The position numbers were made by a program, and so were the translations under genes. A stretch of 64,000 nt of DNA from a virus, in the IMG/VR virus record IMGVR_UViG_3300037502_002729, positions 32,001-96,000 of that record. The stretch is one strand, 5' to 3'. Numbering within the stretch: the first letter of the stretch is position 1; each line of letters begins with the position of its first letter. The notes below the pieces were generated by a model that was given only the letters and a program-made list of their open reading frames with translations, made no database searches and was not told the DNA's origin. Shown one piece after another: positions 40,222 through 47,774 of the stretch.

Positions 40222-40254
40222 GAAAGGGTTGCAAGGTTTTGCAACCCTTTTTTT
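40222..40254 (+). terminator. Intrinsic terminator after MCP
   Basis: AAAGGGTTGCAA-loop-TTGCAACCCTTTTTTT; a second hairpin at ~40174-40210. Confidence 0.85.
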
Positions 40255-40337
40255 AATATCTTTTCCCATAGAGGTGAATATAGTTTATATATTATAGAAA
40301 AAAACATAATAGTTTTATATTTATAAATAAAAAAATT

Positions 40338-40691
40338 ATGGAAAACAAGCCATCATTTATAAATGAGGATCTTGCTGTTTGGTTTGGGACAAAGAAGAAA
40401 CCAAAAGGTAGCAACCAACCCAAAGGACCCTGGGTTAATATATGTAGAAAAGATTCAAGTGGTAAACATCCGCCTTGTGGAAGGGAGTCAGATAGTAAAG
40501 GGGGTTATCCAAAATGTAGAGCAGCAGGTGTTGCTGGAAAGATGAGTGATGCAGAAAAAAAAGCTGCCTGTGCCAAAAAGAGGAGTGCTGAAAAAAAGAA
40601 CCCAAAATCTGGAACAGGCAACAAACCAACAATGGTTTCAAATGAAAGTATTGAAAGAATTATTTTAAAAGTTCTAAAAGATTTTCAGTAG
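40338..40691 (+). CDS. Small basic Cys-containing late protein
   Basis: INE-DLAVWF...WVNIC...PCGR...YPKC...KKR; TATTTATA 40318-40325. Confidence 0.7.
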   Translation: MENKPSFINEDLAVWFGTKKKPKGSNQPKGPWVNICRKDSSGKHPPCGRESDSKGGYPKCRAAGVAGKMSDAEKKAACAKKRSAEKKNPKSGTGNKPTMVSNESIERIILKVLKDFQ

Positions 40692-41559
40692 AACTATTAA
40701 TAGTTTCTAAAATACATGAATTTGCAAAAGAACAATTTGCTATCTGTTCATTTTCATATTTTCCATTTTTTTTGAGTTTTCTTTTTGTAATATCTCTCAT
40801 TGACATAGAGTAAATACAAGTAGTTGATTCAATCCCATTTTCAATTTCTGTCAATAAGAATGAAATATAAGTGTATTGTTTTGGGCAAACATATATCTCA
40901 ATATTTATTTCACTATTCAATGGAATACTTGAGAAGTCTAATTTTTTAAAAACAAATTCATTGCCATCTCTATATACAAAAATTTTTGTTTTACTAATTT
41001 CATATTTAGATTCAAGTATAGTCACTTTTTCATTAAAAGCATATCCTATCTCTAATAATAGGATTATATGTATCATTTGTTGAACAGTAATGGTTTTTAC
41101 AACTTTTGGAGTACTATATGTCTTAAATATTTGTGTTAAATTTTTAGTTAAAATGCAATTATATAAATCTTGAAAAATAGGATCAATCTTGTTTAAAAAG
41201 TAAAAAAGGGGGTATTTTATATTTGAATCCATAGTTTTAAAAAGAGTAGCATTATCATAAATGTTTGGTAAATGCATATCACTTCTTGCATTAAGGTAAT
41301 TTTTTGCCTCAATAATATATATTATATTATTTAGAATAGAAATATAATCACCTCTTATTGCAGATGCTATACGACTATTAGGCATTATGGTTTTTGTAGT
41401 ATTTTTAAATTGTTTGTGGAAAGATTTTCTTATCTTAGTAATACCATCTTTTGAATCAAAATTAGTGATTTCATCATCACTTAATCCATTAGTATTCTGC
41501 AAGTAATTTAAGATTTCTTTTTGGTTAACTTTCCAAGGAATATTTTTACTTTTACCCAT
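40660..41559 (-). CDS. Hypothetical protein, possible PD-(D/E)XK nuclease
   Basis: GDYI...IIEAKNY motif; start MGKSK at 41559 below a Bacteroidota-type promoter. Confidence 0.5.
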   Translation of the reverse strand: MGKSKNIPWKVNQKEILNYLQNTNGLSDDEITNFDSKDGITKIRKSFHKQFKNTTKTIMPNSRIASAIRGDYISILNNIIYIIEAKNYLNARSDMHLPNIYDNATLFKTMDSNIKYPLFYFLNKIDPIFQDLYNCILTKNLTQIFKTYSTPKVVKTITVQQMIHIILLLEIGYAFNEKVTILESKYEISKTKIFVYRDGNEFVFKKLDFSSIPLNSEINIEIYVCPKQYTYISFLLTEIENGIESTTCIYSMSMRDITKRKLKKNGKYENEQIANCSFANSCILETINSSTENLLELLK

Positions 41560-41577
41560 TTTATTTTCTTGTTTATG

Positions 41578-41608
41578 CAAAGATATAAAAAAAATAATTA
41601 AATACAAA
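41578..41608 (-). promoter_or_regulatory. Bacteroidota sigmaA-type promoter
   Basis: TTTG-N19-TATCTTTG. Confidence 0.7.
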
Positions 41609-41644
41609 AAAAATATCACTTATTTAAGTGATATTTTTTAAACA

Positions 41645-42022
41645 TTAAAAACTTTCAACCTTCACTAAGAAATTTTCTTTTAGGTAATTTGATAAATCAT
41701 AGAATATATCAAATTTTGATGCCATCTTGTCATCAAAAGCCTTCACTATTTCCAAATGCGTGTTTTGGTGGGAAATAAAAAATTTAAACACCTCATATTC
41801 ATATATGATACAAACATCTCTATCAATAATATTGATATAAATGTTATCCTCCTCAAGATATACCAATCTTTCTGGGGATTTTGATGAATATGCTAATTTT
41901 GCATCAGGATGATTAATTAGTTTAAGACATATATTCTTGCAACGTATGTCATCTTCTGATGGATCAACCATTGCTAAAATATTTTGCTTAAATGAAGCAA
42001 TCAAATCATTTAATAGTTTCAT
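41645..42022 (-). CDS. Hypothetical protein
   Basis: 125 aa with own promoter and downstream hairpin (~41607-41639). Confidence 0.7.
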   Translation of the reverse strand: MKLLNDLIASFKQNILAMVDPSEDDIRCKNICLKLINHPDAKLAYSSKSPERLVYLEEDNIYINIIDRDVCIIYEYEVFKFFISHQNTHLEIVKAFDDKMASKFDIFYDLSNYLKENFLVKVESF

Positions 42023-42043
42023 AGTTTTTATTTTGTTTCACTG

Positions 42044-42074
42044 CAAATATACAACAAAATTTCATAAAAACAAA
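42044..42074 (-). promoter_or_regulatory. Bacteroidota sigmaA-type promoter
   Basis: TTTG-N19-TATATTTG. Confidence 0.7.
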
Positions 42075-42497
42075 TCACTCTTTCTTCCACTTTCCACCTA
42101 ATTGCTTATAACGTTTTGCTGCTGCACCATTGCAATATGCACTAGGACATACCTTATATCTTGATTTTGCCCAACTTAAACATTGACTCCATAATTTTGG
42201 ATTTTTGGGTTTGTTCTTTTTGGCTTTAGCTTCTGTTAAATTTTGGTCATCATTCTCATTGAATTCATTCATCATAAAATCAAATACTTGATCCATATTT
42301 TCTTTTGCAACACTAATGTGGTCATCAGCCCAATCATGCCCATTTTTTATTAACTCATTCACCTCATCTGGTTGCAGTTCAAGCAATAATTCACATTGTC
42401 TTTTTATTTGTTTTAAATTACCAAAGAACATATAGTTTTCAGTTGCTTGTTCCTTTATGGCAGTTTCAATAATTCTTTTAATTCTTGGATTAATCAT
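42075..42497 (-). CDS. Hypothetical late protein with basic C-terminal domain
   Basis: LTEA-K...NPKLW....AKS.YKV.PSAY.NG...KRYK.LGG.W; TATTTATA 42518-42511. Confidence 0.7.
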   Translation of the reverse strand: MINPRIKRIIETAIKEQATENYMFFGNLKQIKRQCELLLELQPDEVNELIKNGHDWADDHISVAKENMDQVFDFMMNEFNENDDQNLTEAKAKKNKPKNPKLWSQCLSWAKSRYKVCPSAYCNGAAAKRYKQLGGKWKKE

Positions 42498-42653
42498 ATT
42501 AATTTTTATTTATAAATATCATTAAGGTCTATTTTGATTAAGGCTTCCATATTTTGATTTTAAGATACTTTTTGTTTTAGCCTATTACTATGTCATATTT
42601 ATTAAAATCTATTGTCTTGGTTAAATTGTATGTGGTTAAATGGGATTTAATGA

Positions 42654-43193
42654 CTATATCTTAATTATTCCTTTTATATATCCAGGTTTAACCATTTCTC
42701 TTAATTCATCATTAGAAAAATTGCCTAAACTATCCTCAGTACTTATATTTAAGTAGCGATTAACTATTAACCCTTTTGGTAACTTATTTATTGGTGTATT
42801 CATTATTCCTAACCAACCATCAATGACTAGCCCTTCTGGTAGTGAAGTTATTTTTGTATTATGTAAATACAAAGAATTACCAATTTTAATATCATGTGGT
42901 ATGTTTTTTATGTTGGAGTGGGATAAATACAAACTACCACCAACTTTCAACCCTTTTGGCAATTCTTCTATTTTTGAAAATCTAGTCTGCATATCACCTT
43001 TAACTTCCAAATTATCTGGCAATGATTTTAATGTTGAATCTGTTAAATCCAAATCACCATTAACAACTAAATCATCTTTTGTTAGGGGTTCATTAAATTT
43101 TAATTTCCAAATAAAGTTATCTCTATCTTTATGTTTTTTCTTTTCTTTCTTCTCAAAAAAATCAAATATTTTTCTTATTGTTTCTTTTTCCAT
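42654..43193 (-). CDS. Capped variable-LRR family protein (array C, 5 repeats)
   Basis: Same caps and repeat. Confidence 0.88.
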   Translation of the reverse strand: MEKETIRKIFDFFEKKEKKKHKDRDNFIWKLKFNEPLTKDDLVVNGDLDLTDSTLKSLPDNLEVKGDMQTRFSKIEELPKGLKVGGSLYLSHSNIKNIPHDIKIGNSLYLHNTKITSLPEGLVIDGWLGIMNTPINKLPKGLIVNRYLNISTEDSLGNFSNDELREMVKPGYIKGIIKI

Positions 43194-43813
43194 TATCTAA
43201 ATATTTTACCTTCAAATTTTCCCCCATTTAAATTTTTATTACTTCTTATTTCTTCATCTGTATATTTTTTGGCAAGGGGGGTGTTTCTTATGCCTATATC
43301 TCGTCTAACATATAAATTATTTGGAAAATCTTCTATTTGTGTAGAAATAATACCAAAATTACCTCCAACGTATAAATTATCTGGAAGTTCTTTTATTTTT
43401 ACACAATCAGATAAATTTAAACTACCCCCAACATATAATTCACTTGGGAGTTTTATTAATTCTTCACAAGAATCCAAATCTAAATAATCATCCACATATA
43501 TTTTATCTGGGAGTTTTGTTATATTTAAACCTGCTAAATCTGCCCAACCTTCAACACGTAAATCACCTGAAAGTTCTTTTAAATTTTTACAATCTTTCAC
43601 CATCAAATAACCCTTAACATTAAATTTATTTGGTAATTTTTTTATAGGCATTTCGTATAAATACAAATTATCATTATGTGTAAATTGAACATCATCAGGA
43701 TAATTTTCTAGGTCATACATTAGGTTAAGTTTTCTTAACTTAATATAGGAGGGGACTTTATTTTCTTTCTTTTTAATAAAATCAAGTATCTTTTTTATTG
43801 TTTTTATTTCCAT
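43193..43813 (-). CDS. Capped variable-LRR family protein (array C, 6 divergent repeats)
   Basis: Likely start MEIKTIKKILDF at 43813; TPLAKKYTDEEIR C-cap. Confidence 0.82.
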   Translation of the reverse strand: MEIKTIKKILDFIKKKENKVPSYIKLRKLNLMYDLENYPDDVQFTHNDNLYLYEMPIKKLPNKFNVKGYLMVKDCKNLKELSGDLRVEGWADLAGLNITKLPDKIYVDDYLDLDSCEELIKLPSELYVGGSLNLSDCVKIKELPDNLYVGGNFGIISTQIEDFPNNLYVRRDIGIRNTPLAKKYTDEEIRSNKNLNGGKFEGKIFR

Positions 43814-43817
43814 CTTC

Positions 43818-44396
43818 TTAATATATGCTCCCATTTATGTATCCAGGATGAATCATTTTTGCAATTTCATCATCATCAAGTTTATATATGGATGTTCCAT
43901 AAACATGTAAATCTCCACCAACTATTAAGCCTTTTGGTAAGGACTTTAAGTTTTTACAATTTCTTAAATTTAAATCACCACCAACTTCTAATCCTTCTGG
44001 CAATGATTCTATTTTTGAATGTTTTAAAACTAAATTATAATCAACTTTCAAACCTTTTGGTAATTTAGTTATTTCTGTACCACCTAAATCCAAACCTTCA
44101 ACTTCCAAATCCTCTGGTAATGATTTTATTCTTGAACTAGCTAAAAATAAACCCCTAACTTTCAATCCTTTTGGCAATGAAGTTATGCTTGATTCATAAA
44201 GGTATAAATTACCATCAACATTTAACCCTTCTGGTAATGAGGTAATTTCTATTCTTTCTAAATCCAAATCACCTTTAACATTTAATTCTTCTTTGGTTAA
44301 TGGGATATTATTTAATAATTTCCATTTAAATGGTGCATTATGCCCTTCCTTCTCTTCAAGGAACTCAAATATTCTTTTTAATTGTTCTTTTTCCAT
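43818..44396 (-). CDS. Capped variable-LRR family protein (array C, 6 repeats)
   Basis: Same caps and repeat. Confidence 0.88.
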   Translation of the reverse strand: MEKEQLKRIFEFLEEKEGHNAPFKWKLLNNIPLTKEELNVKGDLDLERIEITSLPEGLNVDGNLYLYESSITSLPKGLKVRGLFLASSRIKSLPEDLEVEGLDLGGTEITKLPKGLKVDYNLVLKHSKIESLPEGLEVGGDLNLRNCKNLKSLPKGLIVGGDLHVYGTSIYKLDDDEIAKMIHPGYINGSIY

Positions 44397-44992
44397 TATC
44401 TTATTATGTCTCCTTTTATAAATCCAGGTTTAATCATTTCTCTTAATTCATTATTTGTGTATTCTAATAATGCTGTATTTTTAATAATCAACTCACCTTT
44501 AACTTCTAACCCTTTTGGTAATGAAGTTATTTTTGAACGCTGTAAATGCAAAATATCACCAACTTTCAACCCTTCTGGTAATGATTCTATATCTGCAAAA
44601 ACTAAACTTAAACTACCACCAACTTTCAATCCTTTTGGTAGTGAAGTTATTTTTGTATTGTGTAAATACAAAGAATTACCAATTTTAATATCATCTGGTA
44701 TGTTTTTTATCCTAGAGTAGGATAAATCCAAAGTACCACCAACTTTCAAGCCTTTTGGTAATTCTTCTATTCTTGAAAATCTAGTAAGCATACCACCTTT
44801 AACTTCCAAATTATCTGGCAATGATTTTAATGTTGAATCTGTTAAATCCAAATCACCATTAACAACTAAATCTTCTTTGGTTAGGGGTTCATTAAACTTT
44901 AATTTCCAAATAAAGTTATCTCTATCTTTATGTTTTTTCCCTTCCTTTTCTTCAAGGAATTCAAATATTCTTTTTAATTGTTCTTTTTCCAT
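44396..44992 (-). CDS. Capped variable-LRR family protein (array C, 6 repeats)
   Basis: Same caps and repeat. Confidence 0.88.
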   Translation of the reverse strand: MEKEQLKRIFEFLEEKEGKKHKDRDNFIWKLKFNEPLTKEDLVVNGDLDLTDSTLKSLPDNLEVKGGMLTRFSRIEELPKGLKVGGTLDLSYSRIKNIPDDIKIGNSLYLHNTKITSLPKGLKVGGSLSLVFADIESLPEGLKVGDILHLQRSKITSLPKGLEVKGELIIKNTALLEYTNNELREMIKPGFIKGDIIR

Positions 44993-45399
44993 TATTTAAA
45001 TATTTTTCCTTTTATAAAGCCAGGTTTAATCATTTCCTTTATTTCATCCTTTGAGTAATGTATTAATGGAGTTCTATTAATAATAATATCCCCCCCAACT
45101 TTCAATCCTTTTGGTAAATCTTTGATGAATTTACAACTATCCAAAAACAAATCACCCTTAACTTCCAATCCATCTGGCAATGAGGATATAGTTGAAAATA
45201 GCAAATCCAAATCACCCCCAACTTTCAACCCTTCTGGTAATGAGTTTATTTCAATAGACCTTAAATCTAAATCACCTTTAACATTTAAATCTTCTTTGGT
45301 TAATGGGATATTATTAAATAATTTCCATTTAAATGGTGCATTATGCCCTTCCTTTTCTTCAAGAAACTCAAATATTCTTTTTAATGCTTCTTTTTCCAT
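44992..45399 (-). CDS. Capped variable-LRR family protein (array C, 3 repeats)
   Basis: Same caps and repeat. Confidence 0.88.
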   Translation of the reverse strand: MEKEALKRIFEFLEEKEGHNAPFKWKLFNNIPLTKEDLNVKGDLDLRSIEINSLPEGLKVGGDLDLLFSTISSLPDGLEVKGDLFLDSCKFIKDLPKGLKVGGDIIINRTPLIHYSKDEIKEMIKPGFIKGKIFK

Positions 45400-45863
45400 T
45401 ATCTAAATATTATTCCTTTTATAAACCCAGGTTCAATCATTTCCCTTAATTCTTCATCTGTGTATTCTAATAATGCTGTCTTTTTAATATATAAATTAGC
45501 ACCAACTTCCAATCCTTTTGGTAAGGAGGTTATTTTTGTATTTATTAAATCCAACCAAAACCTAACTTTCAAGCCTTTTGGTAATGAGGTTATTTTTGTA
45601 TTATATAAATTCAAATAACCACCAACTTTCAAATCTTCTGGTAATGAGGTTATATTTGTATCTCTTAAACTCAAAAACCCACTAACTTTCAATCCTTCTG
45701 GTAATGATGTTATATTTGTTTTATTTAAAAATAAACTACCTTTAATATTTAAATCACCTTCTGTTAATGGTATATTATTAAATAATTTCCATTTAAATGG
45801 TGCTCTATTCTCTCCTTTCTCTTCAAGGAATTCAAATATCCTTTTTAGTTTTTCTTTTTCCAT
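45399..45863 (-). CDS. Capped variable-LRR family protein (array C, 4 repeats)
   Basis: Same caps and repeat. Confidence 0.88.
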   Translation of the reverse strand: MEKEKLKRIFEFLEEKGENRAPFKWKLFNNIPLTEGDLNIKGSLFLNKTNITSLPEGLKVSGFLSLRDTNITSLPEDLKVGGYLNLYNTKITSLPKGLKVRFWLDLINTKITSLPKGLEVGANLYIKKTALLEYTDEELREMIEPGFIKGIIFR

Positions 45864-46261
45864 TATCTTATTATGTCTCCTTTTATAAATCCAGGCTTTA
45901 TCATATCTCTTAATTCTTCATTAGTATAATCTTCTAATGGAGTATTTCTAATAAATAAACTACGCCCAACTTTCAAACCTTTTGGTAATAAGGTTATTTT
46001 TGTATTATATAGACTTAAATCATCACCAACTTTCAATCCTTCTGGCAGTGAAGTTATACTTGAGTTGTCTAAATACAAAGTACCCTTAACTTCCAATCCA
46101 TTTGGCAATGATGTTATATTTGATAATTGCAAATCACCATTAATTTCCAAATCTTCTTTTCTTAATGGCATATTAGTTTTCAACTTCCACACAAGTGGTT
46201 GGTTAAGATTTTCCTTTGTTTTAAGGAACTCAAATATTCTTTTTATTTTTTCTTTTTCCAT
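45863..46261 (-). CDS. Capped variable-LRR family protein (array C, 3 repeats)
   Basis: Same caps and repeat. Confidence 0.88.
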   Translation of the reverse strand: MEKEKIKRIFEFLKTKENLNQPLVWKLKTNMPLRKEDLEINGDLQLSNITSLPNGLEVKGTLYLDNSSITSLPEGLKVGDDLSLYNTKITLLPKGLKVGRSLFIRNTPLEDYTNEELRDMIKPGFIKGDIIR

Positions 46262-46965
46262 TATCTAAATATTTCTCCTTCTATATATCCAGGTTTTACC
46301 ATTTCTCTTAATTGGTCATCTGTGTATTTTCTTAATATGCTTTTTTCTATATATAATTTTCCATAAACTTTCAAACCTTTTGGCAATGAGGTTATATTTG
46401 TATCTCTTAAATACAAACCTCCACCAACTTCCAATCCATTTGGCAATGAGGTTATATTTGTATGTGATAAAGTCAAATAACCACCAACTTTCAATCCTTC
46501 TGGCAATGAGGTTATTTTTGAACTGGTTAAACCCAAATTACCATTAACTTTCAATCTTTCTGGCAATGAGGTTATTTTTGTATTCTCTATATGCAAAGAA
46601 CCCCCAACTTTCAAACCTTTTGGTAGTGAGTTTATATCCGCATATGATAAATTCAAAGAACCACCAACTTGTAAATCATCTGGTAATGAGATTATTTTTG
46701 AAAAGGTTAACATCAAATCACCATCAACTTTTAAACCTTCTGGTAATGAGGTTATGTTTGAATTAGTTAAATATAAATCACCACCAACTTTCAAACCTTC
46801 TGGCAATGAGGTTATATTTGCGTGTCTTAAACTCAAATCACCTTTAACATTTAAATCTTCTTTTGCTATTGGCATAGCCAATTTAATCTTAACTGGTAAT
46901 GGTATAATGTGTTCTCCTTTCTCTTCAAGAAACTCAAATATTCTTTTTAGTTTTTCTTTTTCCAT
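46261..46965 (-). CDS. Capped variable-LRR family protein (array C, 8 repeats)
   Basis: Exact 60-bp period visible (tggcaatgaggttat at 46381, 46441, 46501, 46561). Confidence 0.9.
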   Translation of the reverse strand: MEKEKLKRIFEFLEEKGEHIIPLPVKIKLAMPIAKEDLNVKGDLSLRHANITSLPEGLKVGGDLYLTNSNITSLPEGLKVDGDLMLTFSKIISLPDDLQVGGSLNLSYADINSLPKGLKVGGSLHIENTKITSLPERLKVNGNLGLTSSKITSLPEGLKVGGYLTLSHTNITSLPNGLEVGGGLYLRDTNITSLPKGLKVYGKLYIEKSILRKYTDDQLREMVKPGYIEGEIFR

Positions 46966-47369
46966 TATCTATATATTTCTCCTTTTATAAATCCAGGTTT
47001 AATCATTTCCCTTAATTCTTCAGCTGAATATTTTATTAATGCACTATCATCAATATATAAATTTCTTCCAACTTCCAATCCTTTTGGTAAAAACTTTATA
47101 TCTGTTTCAATTAAATCCAAATGACCACCAACTTTTAGTCCTTCTGGTAAATACTCTATAAATGTATAGGCTAAATCAAGCCAACCACTAACTTGCAATC
47201 CTTCTGGTAAGGTTTCAACTCCTGTATTACTTAAATCCAAATCACCTTTAACATTTAAATCACCTTCTGTTAATGGTATATCATTTTTATACTTCCATAA
47301 GAATGGTGCATTATGTTCTTCCTTCTCTTCAAGGAATTCAAATATTCTTTTTAGTGCTTCTTTTTCCAT
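46965..47369 (-). CDS. Capped variable-LRR family protein (array C, 3 repeats)
   Basis: Same caps and repeat. Confidence 0.88.
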   Translation of the reverse strand: MEKEALKRIFEFLEEKEEHNAPFLWKYKNDIPLTEGDLNVKGDLDLSNTGVETLPEGLQVSGWLDLAYTFIEYLPEGLKVGGHLDLIETDIKFLPKGLEVGRNLYIDDSALIKYSAEELREMIKPGFIKGEIYR

Positions 47370-47372
47370 TAT

Positions 47373-47774
47373 CTAATATATATTTCCATTTATATAACCA
47401 GGTTTTATCATTTCTCTTAATTCATCATTTAAAAGTTTTGTTAATTCTGTTCCTCCAAGAAATAAATCACCCTCTACTTTTAAACCTTTTGGTAGTGAGG
47501 TTATTTTTGTATTAGCCAAAGACAAATCACCACCAACTTTCAAGTCTTTTGGTAATGAGGTTATATTTGTATTTCTTAAAATCAAAAAACCACTAACTTT
47601 CAACCCTTCTGGTAATGAAGTTATATTTGATTGAAACAAATTCAAATTGCCTTTAACATTTAAATCATCTTCTGTTAATGGTATATTATTTTTAAATTTC
47701 CATAAAAATGGTGTTCTATGCTCACCCTCCTCTTCAAGGAACTCAAATATTCTTTTTAATGTTTCTTTTTCCAT
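47373..47774 (-). CDS. Capped variable-LRR family protein (array C, 3 repeats)
   Basis: Same caps; TAATG-coupled to the upstream structural gene. Confidence 0.88.
   Translation of the reverse strand: MEKETLKRIFEFLEEEGEHRTPFLWKFKNNIPLTEDDLNVKGNLNLFQSNITSLPEGLKVSGFLILRNTNITSLPKDLKVGGDLSLANTKITSLPKGLKVEGDLFLGGTELTKLLNDELREMIKPGYINGNIY

Noticed and set aside
33334-47774. Diversity-generating retroelement driving LRR variation
   Set aside because: No reverse transcriptase in the window, no non-coding template repeat, and differences between near-identical segments are not confined to adenines. An RT elsewhere in the genome cannot be excluded.
33334-47774. LRR arrays as pure assembly artefact
   Set aside because: Copies differ substantially, keep open frames and have clean TAATG junctions; long-read confirmation is still advisable.
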